Position numbers and translations under genes: made by a program. A stretch of DNA of 64,000 bases from an uncultured Armatimonadetes bacterium (GTDB lineage Bacteria; Armatimonadota; Hebobacteria; Hebobacterales; Hebobacteraceae): assembly GCA_963716175.1 (NCBI GenBank), contig OY970296.1, positions 2,112,001 to 2,176,000 of the forward strand. Reading direction: 5' to 3'. Every line of letters begins with the position of its first letter. Position 1 is the stretch's first letter. The notes under the pieces are model-generated. The model worked only from the letters and a program-made list of their open reading frames with translations, ran no database searches and was not told where the DNA came from. This document shows, in pieces, positions 30,147 to 39,832 of the stretch.

Positions 30147-31253
30147 CTAAACAAGCGCCCGCTCAGTCTCCGGGTCAAAGAGATGCGTCTTGGGCATGTC
30201 GAAGACCACCTCCAGGGGGTGGCCGTCCTTGGCCCCAGTCTCCGCCTTCAAGTCGGCGATCAGCGAATGCGACCCAGCTGTCAGGTAGGCGTTCACTGTG
30301 GACCCCATGGGTTCAGTTACGTCTACGGTAACGGTAGCCGTGTTCTGGCCCGCAACTGCGAGGCCGGCGTCGAGCCCGCGATCGTGGATGTCCTCGGGCC
30401 GCACCCCAAAGATCACCTTCCCGCCGACGCGGCCCTGGACCTTGCCCACGTGCGCAGTCGGCAGCCGCAGCAGGAGGGGTTCAGCCCGGAAGTAGATGCC
30501 GCCATCCCGGCCTTCGAGGGTGCCGGCGACGAAATTCATCGCCGGGCTGCCGATGAAGCCGGCGACGAAGAGATTGGCGGGACGGTTGAAGAGTTCAAGG
30601 GGGGTGTTCACCTGCTGAAGTGCCCCGTTGTTGAGCACCGCGATGCGATCCCCCATGGTCATGGCCTCGACCTGGTCATGGGTCACATAGATGGTGGTGA
30701 TCCCGAGGCGGCGGTGCAGCCGGATGAGCTCGGCCCGGGTCTGCACCCGGAGCTTCGCATCCAGGTTCGAGAGCGGCTCGTCCATCAGGAACACCTTAGG
30801 CTCCCGCACGATCGCTCGCCCCAGGGCCACCCGCTGGCGCTGCCCGCCGGAGAGCTGGCGGGGCTTCCGGTCCAGCAGGCCCAGGAGGCCCAGCATGTCG
30901 GCGGCCTGACGCACCCGGCGTTCGATCTCGGGCCTGGGATAGCGGCGCAGCTTGAGCCCGAAGGCCATGTTGTCGTAGACATTCATGTGCGGGTAGAGGG
31001 CGTAATTCTGGAACACCATGGCGATGTCGCGGTCCTTGGGGGAGACGTCGTTCACCAGCCGGTCGCCGATGTGGATCTCGCCAGAGTCGGCCTCCTCGAG
31101 CCCAGCCAGGCAGCGCAGCACGGTGGTCTTGCCACAGCCGGAGGGCCCTACCAGGACCAGGAACTCCCTGTCCTCCACCTCGAGGGTGAGGTCATCAACC
31201 GCGACCACGGTCTTAAAGCTCTTGGTCAGACTGCGCAACCACACTCGCGCCAT
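30147..31253 (-). CDS. Sugar ABC transporter ATP-binding protein (MalK/UgpC/MsmX family)
   Basis: GPSGCGKT, LSGGQRQR, MDEPLSNLDAKLR, TOBE tail. Confidence 0.96.
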   Translation of the reverse strand: MARVWLRSLTKSFKTVVAVDDLTLEVEDREFLVLVGPSGCGKTTVLRCLAGLEEADSGEIHIGDRLVNDVSPKDRDIAMVFQNYALYPHMNVYDNMAFGLKLRRYPRPEIERRVRQAADMLGLLGLLDRKPRQLSGGQRQRVALGRAIVREPKVFLMDEPLSNLDAKLRVQTRAELIRLHRRLGITTIYVTHDQVEAMTMGDRIAVLNNGALQQVNTPLELFNRPANLFVAGFIGSPAMNFVAGTLEGRDGGIYFRAEPLLLRLPTAHVGKVQGRVGGKVIFGVRPEDIHDRGLDAGLAVAGQNTATVTVDVTEPMGSTVNAYLTAGSHSLIADLKAETGAKDGHPLEVVFDMPKTHLFDPETERALV

Positions 31254-31307
31254 GCCGCGCCACCTGTCTCTGCGGTGCCCGGACCCGCCCTTCCCTCACG
31301 GTGGCCG

Positions 31308-31336
31308 ATTATAGCAAAGCCCCACACCGGTGACAA
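31308..31336 (-). promoter_or_regulatory. Sigma70 promoter of ABC ATPase
   Basis: TTGTCA-17-TATAAT with extended -10 TG. Confidence 0.75.
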
Positions 31337-31456
31337 GCAGAGGGGTGAATGGAGGCTTTAGCTCGCAATCGCGCTGTGCCGACGGTGATGATGCTTGACA
31401 GACCGAGGTGTTACGGGCGACAGGAGGAACCAGGTAGGAATGCGGAGGTGGCTGAG

Positions 31457-32917
31457 ATGCCCCAGAACCCGGTTGAGCCTCATCTCTTCGTGGTGTTCGG
31501 AGGGTCAGGCGACCTGATGCGCCGGAAGCTCTTCCCGGCCCTCTACCGCCTCACCGTGCACGGAAAGATGAGGGGGCAGCTGTTCCTGCTGGCGGTGGCC
31601 CGAAGAGAGATGGATGATATCGCCTATCAGGCCTGGGCGCGAGAGGCGCTGGCCCAGGCCGGCCTCCCGGTAGACGAGGCCAGCGCGGCCTGGTGCAACA
31701 CCTGTCTCCACTACCATTCCATTCACGAAGGCGCGGCGGATGACTATCGGGGCCTCGCCGCGGCCATCGCCCAGCTCGAGCGCCAACACCACCTGCCCGG
31801 GAACCGCGTCTTCTACCTGGCCTTGCCTCCCGAAGCGCTGCCGGCCGCGGTGACCGGGCTCGGGGAGGCCGGCCTCAACCGGGGCCCAGGCTGGACCCGA
31901 ATAGTGGTGGAGAAGCCCTTCGGCAATGACCTGAAGTCGGCGCAGGAGATCAACGCGTTGATCCGGCGCCACTTCTCGGAGTCCCAGGTCTACCGCATTG
32001 ACCACTACCTGGCCAAGGAGGCGGTGCAGAACCTGATGGTGTTCCGCTTCGCCAATGCCATCTTCGAGTCGCTGTGGAACCGGGACCGGGTGGACAGTGT
32101 AGAGATCACAGTGGCGGAGTCCATCGGGGTAGAGGCCCGGGCCGGCTACTATGACCAGGCCGGGGCCTTGCGGGACATGGTGCAGAACCACCTCACGCAG
32201 TTACTCGCGCTGACCGCGATGGAGATTCCGGCTGCGCTGGAACCGGGCATGATCCACGATGAGAAGGTGAAGGTGCTGCGATCAGTGGGCCCTATCGGCC
32301 GCGACGACGTGGTCTTTGGCCAGTACCGCGCGGGCTCGATTGACAGTCACCAAGTGGCGGGGTACAGAGAAGAGGAGGGCATCGCCTCGGACTCTGAGAC
32401 CGAGACTTTCGCGGCCCTGCGGCTGTACGTGAACAATTGGCGGTGGCAGGGCGTGCCCTTCTTCCTGCGTACCGGCAAGCGGCTGCCCTTCCGCACCACC
32501 CAGATGGTGGTGGACTTCAGCTGTCCCGTGCTCGCCTGCTTCCAGCCCTTTTCCTGTGACATCAAGTGCAACCGGCTGGTGATGATCTTGGAGCCGGACG
32601 CCGGCTTCGACTTGTGCTTCGAGGTGAAGGCGCCAGGGGAGCCCTTCACACTGAAGACCGAGCGGCTGCGGTTCCGTTACGAGGAGGTCTTCGGCCCGCT
32701 GCCGGAGGCCTACGAGACCGTGCTGCTCGACATCGTGATGGGGGACCAGACTCTGTTCGTGCGCGTGGACGCGGTGGAGCAGGCCTGGGCCCTCTATACG
32801 CCGCTGCTGGAGAACCGGCCGCCGGTGCATCCCTATGCAGCCGGAAGCTGGGGGCCGCCGGAGGTGGAGACGCTGCTGAGGGGAAGGGAATGGCATGTTG
32901 CCCCCTGTGAAGACTGA
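31457..32917 (+). CDS. zwf: Glucose-6-phosphate 1-dehydrogenase
   Basis: FGGSGDL, EKPFG, RIDHYLAKE, RDMVQNH, WQGVPFFLRTGK. Confidence 0.97.
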   Translation: MPQNPVEPHLFVVFGGSGDLMRRKLFPALYRLTVHGKMRGQLFLLAVARREMDDIAYQAWAREALAQAGLPVDEASAAWCNTCLHYHSIHEGAADDYRGLAAAIAQLERQHHLPGNRVFYLALPPEALPAAVTGLGEAGLNRGPGWTRIVVEKPFGNDLKSAQEINALIRRHFSESQVYRIDHYLAKEAVQNLMVFRFANAIFESLWNRDRVDSVEITVAESIGVEARAGYYDQAGALRDMVQNHLTQLLALTAMEIPAALEPGMIHDEKVKVLRSVGPIGRDDVVFGQYRAGSIDSHQVAGYREEEGIASDSETETFAALRLYVNNWRWQGVPFFLRTGKRLPFRTTQMVVDFSCPVLACFQPFSCDIKCNRLVMILEPDAGFDLCFEVKAPGEPFTLKTERLRFRYEEVFGPLPEAYETVLLDIVMGDQTLFVRVDAVEQAWALYTPLLENRPPVHPYAAGSWGPPEVETLLRGREWHVAPCED

Positions 32918-33647
32918 CCTCCGCGTCCACCCGGACCTGGAGGGATTGAGCCGCGCCGTGGCCGAGAGCCTGGCGACGCTTGCGGTGGGCACCATCTCCG
33001 GCCGGGGAGGATTCTCCATCGCGCTCTCGGGAGGGCACACCCCGCGCCGGCTGTACCAACTGCTGGCCACCGAATACGCGGGCCGCATCTCCTGGCCCCG
33101 GGTCGAGATATTCTGGGGCGACGAGCGCTACCTGCCGCACACCGATCCCCGCAGCGACTACCGCATGGCCAGGGATGCTTTGCTCGCCCATGTGCCGATC
33201 CCGGGCGAGAACGTTCACCCCATGCCCACGGACTCTGCCGACCCCGAGGAGGCCGCGCAGGCCTATGAGCGACTGCTGCGCGCCCACTTCCCCTACCCCT
33301 GGCCGCGCTTCGACCTGGTGCTGCTGGGCCTGGGAGCGGAGGGGCACACGGCCTCGCTCTTTCCCCGTTCGCCCGCGCTGCTGGAACAGGCCCGTTGGGT
33401 GGTGGCGACCGAGGCGCCGGTGGAGCCCAAGCAGCGCCTCACCCTCACCCTGCCCGCCATCAACCACGCCGCCCACATCTGGTTCCTGGTGGCCGGCGCA
33501 GAGAAGGCCGAAGCGCTGAAGTGCGCCCTGGCGGAAGACGCGAGCCCTATGGGTTGCCCCGCGGCGGGGGTGAGGCCGGAGGGAGGCGAACTGGTGTGGT
33601 GGGTGGATGAGCGGGCAAGAAGGTCTGTGGCCAAGCGCGCAGTATGA
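32895..33647 (+). CDS. pgl: 6-phosphogluconolactonase
   Basis: ALSGGHTP, FWGDER, LGLGAEGHTASLFP. Confidence 0.96.
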   Translation: MLPPVKTDLRVHPDLEGLSRAVAESLATLAVGTISGRGGFSIALSGGHTPRRLYQLLATEYAGRISWPRVEIFWGDERYLPHTDPRSDYRMARDALLAHVPIPGENVHPMPTDSADPEEAAQAYERLLRAHFPYPWPRFDLVLLGLGAEGHTASLFPRSPALLEQARWVVATEAPVEPKQRLTLTLPAINHAAHIWFLVAGAEKAEALKCALAEDASPMGCPAAGVRPEGGELVWWVDERARRSVAKRAV

Positions 33648-33692
33648 GTCATCATGAATATAGCGAGGCATGAAGTGGTATCTGAAACGACA

Positions 33693-34427
33693 ATGGGACG
33701 CAAGTACAGCAAATCGCCGATAATCGAAGCGGTTTGCGAGTTCCGTTTCGAACCGGGAGAGTGGAATGGCACCATCTTCGGCCTCGTCTGGGAAGAGGTC
33801 AGAATACCTTTTCCTAAACGCCAGGACGTCCAGCAGTTTGACTTCCAGGTCGTGCCTATGCCCCAAGGCGCTCAGCAACGCGTCTTCCAGCAGCCGGGCA
33901 CCAAGTACCTGAGGGAAGATGAAAAGCTTTCTATGCTGGTCGGGCCGGCCGTAATGAACGTGAGTCACCTAGCACCATATTCATCATGGGGGGAATTCAA
34001 GCCGCTCATATCACTGGCTTTCAGAGCGTACGTTACAAAGGCAGAGCCGAAATCACTGCGCCGCATTGGACTTCGGTACATCAACAGAGTGGAGTTGCCC
34101 GGGGAGAAGGTGAAACTCGAGGATTACCTGCAGTTCCACCCGTTCCTGGGGCCGACTCTGCCTGAAGATCATGCCTCCTTCATCGTCGGAGTGGAGTTTC
34201 CCTACGAGCAGAACCGTGATGTCCTGCGACTGCAACTCGCGAGCGTGCCACCTGAGAAGGAGGCACATGTGGCTCTCATGCTAGACCTGGACTACTTCAC
34301 GCTGGTCCCGAACTCGGTGCCGCTCGCCGAGGATCAAGTGAGTAGGTGGCTGGAGCTTGCCCATTCGCGGGTTGAGGAAGTCTTCGAGGCTTGCATAAAG
34401 GACTCTCTTCGCGCCAGGTTCGGCTGA
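33693..34427 (+). CDS. TIGR04255 family protein
   Basis: Y..SPIIEAVCEFRF, PYSSWGEF, RRIGLRYINRV, LDLD motifs. Codon usage atypical for the window. Confidence 0.85.
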   Translation: MGRKYSKSPIIEAVCEFRFEPGEWNGTIFGLVWEEVRIPFPKRQDVQQFDFQVVPMPQGAQQRVFQQPGTKYLREDEKLSMLVGPAVMNVSHLAPYSSWGEFKPLISLAFRAYVTKAEPKSLRRIGLRYINRVELPGEKVKLEDYLQFHPFLGPTLPEDHASFIVGVEFPYEQNRDVLRLQLASVPPEKEAHVALMLDLDYFTLVPNSVPLAEDQVSRWLELAHSRVEEVFEACIKDSLRARFG

Positions 34428-34440
34428 GAAGGGTGAAAGC

Positions 34441-34917
34441 GTGCTAGTCCAGACGTGGGACAACCTACGGGAGGCTCAGTGGTCCATATCTGCCAACCGC
34501 CCATCGGAGGCGACGCGTGTACAGCCAGCGTCGGGAAGCGAAGCCGGTGACGCCGGGTGGAGAGTCTGGAGCAAAGACCTGGAACGGCAGATCAAATGGC
34601 CGGTAGTGGAGAGACTTTACGACGTCGCAGATCCTGCCAGGGTCTGCACCTTCACCTTTGAGAAACCCTACGTCCTCGAACTTCTGCTAGACGCGTATGC
34701 CCGACTGTGCGCTCTGTTTGGGGAGACGTCCACAATCCGACTGGACTTCAACGTAGACCCGGAAATCCCAGGACGGCGCTACCTGGCTGTGCGAGTGCTG
34801 ACAGTGTTCTCGGTAGATGAGGCCATTGAGCGCATGGATCATTTCGACGAAGTGTGGTGGCTGGACCGCATCGGCAGGGCGGGCAGAGACCTGCTCTTCG
34901 CATTGGAGTTCATCTGA
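34441..34917 (+). CDS. Hypothetical protein coupled to HEPN gene
   Basis: DPE...FDEVWWL motif. Stop abuts the HEPN GTG start. Confidence 0.7.
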   Translation: MLVQTWDNLREAQWSISANRPSEATRVQPASGSEAGDAGWRVWSKDLERQIKWPVVERLYDVADPARVCTFTFEKPYVLELLLDAYARLCALFGETSTIRLDFNVDPEIPGRRYLAVRVLTVFSVDEAIERMDHFDEVWWLDRIGRAGRDLLFALEFI

Positions 34918-35316
34918 GTGTTCGACTGGGCAGACTACCTCGCCTTGGCGCGGGAGATGGTCAACACCGGCGAACCCTCAGGTGCTCCGGCGGAGTCAAG
35001 GCTGCGCTGTGCGGTGAGCAGAGCTTACTACGCAGCTCTCGGGAGAGCGGCCGCTTACCTGACCTATGAGGTGGGAGAGGTACTCCCGCCAGAGACATTT
35101 CACGAGACCGTGATACGCTCCTTCACCGATAGCGAGCAACCGGGCTGGGAAGCCGTCGGGGCGAAGCTCGACCGGCTTCGCGACTATCGCAAGGGAGCAG
35201 ACTACGAATCGGAAATCAAGAACTGGTCTGCCAAAGCGGAGGAATCGCTTAAGCTCAGCAGCAAGGCGATTAGCTCTCTAGAGAATCTGTTCGGCGGCCC
35301 TCCCCAGTTCCACTAG
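34918..35316 (+). CDS. HEPN domain protein (UPF0332-like)
   Basis: FDWADYL.LA, R.AVSRAYYAA, conserved H, LRDYRKGADY. Confidence 0.85.
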   Translation: MFDWADYLALAREMVNTGEPSGAPAESRLRCAVSRAYYAALGRAAAYLTYEVGEVLPPETFHETVIRSFTDSEQPGWEAVGAKLDRLRDYRKGADYESEIKNWSAKAEESLKLSSKAISSLENLFGGPPQFH

Positions 35317-35340
35317 CCCCCATTCTCCGTGCTCTGCCTC

Positions 35341-36409
35341 CTATCCCCTCTTCGCCGCTCTCTTCACCCCCTCGATATACTCTTGCGTCACCTGCCTCTC
35401 GAAGCTGCGGAAGCCAGCGAGCTTGAAGCCGTGCTTCTGGGCGAGGGCGGCGATCTCTTTCACCTTATCCAGGGATAGGTCGCGGCCGAGGCTGAAGCTC
35501 TCGTATCGCTCCTCCAGCGCGAGGATCATGGTCTCGGCCATGCAGGCATAGGCGGTCCGGGGCGGGAAGCCGAAGTTGAGGTTGAATTGCACATCGCCCG
35601 GCACCTCCACCGCGCCCTCCCTCGATCACCAGCACGTCGGGCCGCTTCCGAACCACCTCTCGTGAGACGTCGCGGGGGCGAGCCACATCGCATACCACTG
35701 CGCCCGGCTTCAGCACCTCGATGGGCACCACCGTGTCCACTGCGCTGGTGACCGCGATGACGATGTCGGCGTCGCGCAGGCCGGCGGCGGCATCCGTGGT
35801 GTAGCTGATCGTCGCCCTGCCATCAACGCTGGCGGCCAACTGCGCCAGTCTTTCTTGGTTCCGGCCGATGAGCACGACCGCGGGCACCTGCTCCGCCATC
35901 ATCCGCACGCACACCTGGCCGATGGAGCCGGTGGCCCCCATCACCGCGACCCGGGCCTGGGAGGGGTCAGCGCCCATCAGCTCCGCGGCGCGGCGCGCTC
36001 CTTCCACCGCGGTCCACACCGTGTAGCTGTTGCCGGTGGTCACCGCGATGTCCACGTTCTTGGCGACGGTGATTCCCGCGTCTCCCACCACCGAGGTCAT
36101 GGCGCCCAGCCCGACGACCTTCGCGCCCAGCTCCTGCGCCACCTGGGCGGCGCGGATGATCCTGCCCAGCACGAACTCTATGGGCAGCTCCAGAAACTGC
36201 CGCGGCGTCAGCGGGCAGCCCACGAACCAGCCGCGCGCCTCGGCGCCGGTAAGGCTACGCACGCCGTTGATCTCCGACACCCGCTTGGGGGACATGCGCT
36301 TGAGCAGCCACGCGAGGGCCGGCTCCGGGAGCAGCGCAAGGGCCGGATACTTCCTCGCCGCGTCCTTGGCGCTGCTCACAGGATGGATGATGAAAGCAAA
36401 TTCGCCCAT
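35341..36409 (-). CDS. Acyl-ACP reductase-like (COG5322, often labelled shikimate dehydrogenase) NAD(P)-binding protein (frameshift near 35615)
   Basis: FAFIIHP, GLGAMTS, TTGNSYT, GATGSIG, DVARPRDV; tail YACMAETMILALE...SLGR in another frame. Confidence 0.8.
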
Positions 36410-36434
36410 GATTCCCTTGATGCGTCACAAGCCA

Positions 36435-36512
36435 ACCGCAGAGACGCGGAGGGCGCAGGGAGCTGCGAACCCCGTCTACTCTTCTCCTCTGCGCTCTCTG
36501 CGCCTCTGCGGT
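36435..36512. repeat. Long imperfect inverted repeat (REP-like)
   Basis: ACCGCAGAGACGCGGAGGGCGCAG...CTGCGCTCTCTGCGCCTCTGCGGT. Confidence 0.7.
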
Positions 36513-36564
36513 CGCCCCTTATCCCATCTGGCGGGCGTAGGTCACTGGGCCTGAAGGCCGGGAT

Positions 36565-36640
36565 GTCCCTAGGCCCGATAGGGCCGGGATGGCGGCCGGC
36601 TCTGCCGGCCTAGCCAGCGGTCGCCCACTGGCGACCTAGC
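36565..36640. repeat. Dispersed palindromic repeat, copy 2
   Basis: 30 bp identical to 2096-2125. The GGTCGCC..GGCGACC hairpin is also seen near 42222-42238. Confidence 0.75.
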
Positions 36641-36658
36641 CACATACCCGCCCTGCAC

Positions 36659-37558
36659 CTACAGGTCCGTCACCCCCGGCTTCCAGTTGATCTGTTCAGC
36701 CAGCGCCAGATAGTCGCCTTCGGTCAGCTCCTCGGGCTGCTTCGCGGAGAGCGCGACCAACACGCCCTCCATCACATTGGCGCCGAAGCTCTCGCCGGCG
36801 ATAGAGGGGGTGAGCGTGATGAGGCGGGCCACGCCTCGCTTACGCAGCTCCTCCACATCGCGGCTACGGGTGGTGTTCGTCACCACCACTTTCCCCCGTA
36901 GATTCTCAGGCATGTAGCGGCGGATGAAGACGAAGTCGCCGGCGATGATGTCGGCCTCTTCGAAGTAACGGGGATACTTGGTTTTCACGCTCTCCTGCTG
37001 CCCACCAGTCGGATACAGCATGGACATGGGCAGCCGCCGCAGCAAAGGCAGGAAGAGGAAGGCGAGCACCGCGACCTGGCGCAGAGTGCGCAGCGGCACC
37101 GGCACCCCCACCGCATAGAGCAAGTCGCCGTAGACTACCTTCGCCCCAAGCGCGGGGAAGGTCTCAGCCATGCCGGGCCGGTCCACTCCAGACATCAGCA
37201 GCACCCGCTTCCCCGCGACCTCCAGCGCGCCCTGTTCAACCAGTTGCCTGAGCAGCACCGGCTCCAGAATCCGCTTGATTCCTCCCCCATCAACCACCGG
37301 TGTCGTCTTGGCGCCCCGCGCCATCCTGGCAGCGTCGCGCAGCTCGTACCTCCGCCCTCCCGCGACCAAGTAGCGGTCCACGCCCCCCAGGCCGATGGCG
37401 TCAACCTTGCCATCGTAGTGCGCGATCAGCTTCGCGGCCCGTGCGACATCCCCGTCCGTTCCCACTCGCTCCAGCCGGAATGGCGTCCCGGCAAGCGTCA
37501 TCTCGACGCACTTGTTCCGCTGCGAGGAGCCGAGGCTCACGCTGACCACGTGCTTCAC
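36659..37558 (-). CDS. Conserved protein often labelled quinate 5-dehydrogenase; partner of COG5322 gene
   Basis: VVSVSLGSS.R, RVGTDGD, DGKVDAIGLGG, IAGDF, SFGANVMEG. Confidence 0.75.
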   Translation of the reverse strand: MKHVVSVSLGSSQRNKCVEMTLAGTPFRLERVGTDGDVARAAKLIAHYDGKVDAIGLGGVDRYLVAGGRRYELRDAARMARGAKTTPVVDGGGIKRILEPVLLRQLVEQGALEVAGKRVLLMSGVDRPGMAETFPALGAKVVYGDLLYAVGVPVPLRTLRQVAVLAFLFLPLLRRLPMSMLYPTGGQQESVKTKYPRYFEEADIIAGDFVFIRRYMPENLRGKVVVTNTTRSRDVEELRKRGVARLITLTPSIAGESFGANVMEGVLVALSAKQPEELTEGDYLALAEQINWKPGVTDL

Positions 37559-38565
37559 TTCTTCACTCCCCCGGACACCCTCTGTCCCGCGCCCGCCGCC
37601 TCCACTGCATGCCCGGCCTCTTCCAGAACCGCGAGCAGGTCGCCCTGGCTCCTGGCCTGGTTGGCGCGATTGCGCAGGGCCGCGGCATTGGGCAGACCTT
37701 TGAGATACCAGGCGAAGTGTTTCCTCATCATCCGCACCCCCATCATCTCGCCGCGATCCGCGACCACCAGGCCGAGATGACGGGCCACCGTCGCCAGACG
37801 CTCCTGGGCCGAAGGAGCCGCAGGCGGCGCCTCGCCGCGGAGGGCTGCGCCGACTTGAGTGAAGATGCGCGGATTGCCGAGCGCGGCGCGGCCGATCATC
37901 ACCGCGTCACAGCCAGTCTCTCGCATCATGCGAACCGCATCAGCCGCGCTATGGACGTCACCATTGCCGATCACCGGGACCGCGACGACCTGCTTCACCT
38001 GCGCGATCACTGACCAGTCGGCCGTCCCGCGAAGGCCCTGGGTCGCCCAACGGGGATGAACGGCCACCACTGCCGCGCCCGCATCTTCACAGCGCCGCGC
38101 CAACGCGATCGCGTCTTCGCCGCGATCGCGCCAGCCGCGGCGCAGCTTCACACCTACAGGCAGCTCGCCGACCACCGCCACCACCGCCCGTACCATCGCC
38201 TCGGCCCGCTCTGGCTCGGCCATCAGAGTCACACCTGCTCGCGCCTTCATCACTTTGGGCACCGCACAGCCCATGTTGATGTCCACCATATCTGCGCCCC
38301 GGTCCACGGCGATAGCGGCGGCCGCGGCCACCACCTCGGGATCACTGCCGAAGACCTGGGCCGAGACGGGGTGATCATCGGCCGGAAAGTGGAGCAGACC
38401 TTTCGTCTTCCCACTCTGATAGCGGAGAGCATTGGCGCTGATCAGGCCGGTGGACGCCAGGGCCACGCCCGCCTCCCTGCAGATCCGCCGGAAGGAGAGA
38501 TCGGTAACGCCCGACATGGGGGCAAGCGCCACCGGAGGGTCCACCCAGAGGTCGCGGACGCGCAT
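37555..38565 (-). CDS. dusB: tRNA-dihydrouridine synthase B family
   Basis: LAPMSGVTD, DINMGC, VIGNGDV, VMIGRAALGNP, MRKHFAWY. Confidence 0.93.
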   Translation of the reverse strand: MRVRDLWVDPPVALAPMSGVTDLSFRRICREAGVALASTGLISANALRYQSGKTKGLLHFPADDHPVSAQVFGSDPEVVAAAAAIAVDRGADMVDINMGCAVPKVMKARAGVTLMAEPERAEAMVRAVVAVVGELPVGVKLRRGWRDRGEDAIALARRCEDAGAAVVAVHPRWATQGLRGTADWSVIAQVKQVVAVPVIGNGDVHSAADAVRMMRETGCDAVMIGRAALGNPRIFTQVGAALRGEAPPAAPSAQERLATVARHLGLVVADRGEMMGVRMMRKHFAWYLKGLPNAAALRNRANQARSQGDLLAVLEEAGHAVEAAGAGQRVSGGVKK

Positions 38566-39329
38566 CAGGCTTCTCCGCGGTTGTACTCGTAGATCGCACC
38601 GACACCCTCGAGCACCAGGCTCGGGACTACCTCATGCTCAACCTGGAGGTGGGGCGAGATCAGCTTGGCCTGGCCGCCGGTCAGCACCACCGGCGCGGTT
38701 CTGGCCACGACCGCGCGCAGGCGGGCCGCCAACCCCTCCACCAGCGCGGCCGCGCCCAGCACGGCGCCGACCCGCAGGCAAGCCTCGGTGTCACGACCAA
38801 TCACTGACGAGCCAGGGCTGGGAGAAACCCGGGGCAGCGCGGCAGTTCTCTCTGCCAGCGCAACCAGCCCGGTCTCCACTCCGACCGCAATGGCGCCCCC
38901 GAGGAACTCGCCGCCGGCCGACACCGCATCCACCACCGTAGCCGTGCCCAAGCTGACCACGATCGCCGGCGCGCCCACCCGCCGCACGGCGCCGACGGCC
39001 GCCGCCAGCCTGTCCGGGCCCAGCTGTCTCGGCTGGCGATAGCGGTTCACGAGCGAGGTAGATGTACTGCCGTGGATCGCGAACAAGGGGACCCTGCGCT
39101 GCAGGCACCACTTGGACCAGGTCACCTCAGCTTGCGGGACGACCGAGGAGAGCGCGATCTGGAGTTGCCGGCGGCCCGCCTGCGCGACCATCTTGCCCAC
39201 CAGCCTGGACACAGTCGAACCGTATGTTCTCCGGGTGGAGCAGGTCTGGACTGCGCGGACGCGGCCGGCGTTCCACAAGCCCACGCTGGTAGTTGTGTTG
39301 CCGACATCCACCACCAGGAGATGGGTCAC
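38565..39329 (-). CDS. coaX: Type III pantothenate kinase
   Basis: VDVGNT, SSVVP, LGPDR, LGTAT, LTGG. Confidence 0.93.
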   Translation of the reverse strand: MTHLLVVDVGNTTTSVGLWNAGRVRAVQTCSTRRTYGSTVSRLVGKMVAQAGRRQLQIALSSVVPQAEVTWSKWCLQRRVPLFAIHGSTSTSLVNRYRQPRQLGPDRLAAAVGAVRRVGAPAIVVSLGTATVVDAVSAGGEFLGGAIAVGVETGLVALAERTAALPRVSPSPGSSVIGRDTEACLRVGAVLGAAALVEGLAARLRAVVARTAPVVLTGGQAKLISPHLQVEHEVVPSLVLEGVGAIYEYNRGEA

Positions 39330-39628
39330 GACCCGCCCTCGGGCCTGGCTGCGGCGTACAGCTCCAAACCCTTGGAGGCCAGCAGGGAGCTGACGTAGGC
39401 CATCACCAGCAGGAAGATCGCCCGCACCGCGGCGGTCAGCAACATCATGCCTAGTCCTTGCACCCCGGCCTGCGAGTTGGCCAGCAGCCGCGGCAACTGG
39501 CTGAAAGTGACCGCGGCCAGCGCGAAGACCACGCCCAACAAGACGACGCCAATGACGAAAATCACCACCCCCAACCCGCGGGCAACGCGGTTGCCTCTCG
39601 ATCTTTGAGCTTCCACGCTCACCTCCAT
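39326..39628 (-). CDS. Small two-TM membrane protein
   Basis: C-terminal part of ORF 39326-40696. Two TM helices, stop overlaps the coaX start, TTGCGA-17-TAGAAT promoter at 39670-39642. Confidence 0.65.
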   Translation of the reverse strand: MEVSVEAQRSRGNRVARGLGVVIFVIGVVLLGVVFALAAVTFSQLPRLLANSQAGVQGLGMMLLTAAVRAIFLLVMAYVSSLLASKGLELYAAARPEGGS

Positions 39629-39832
39629 CTGGGCCGCCCTGATTCTAGCAAATCCACCTCCCGCTCGCAACGCTCCCCGGCGCCTGCCGTGTCGTCGGGA
39701 GGAGCGAACCAGGGGGGGAATGGTCCACATCCTCCTCCGAACTGACCGCACCAGTGCTCTGGTGCCCCGGGGCAGGACTTGCCGGACACGGCGCCGAAGC
39801 GGCGAACATCCCAATCCAGAGGTGAGTCGAGG

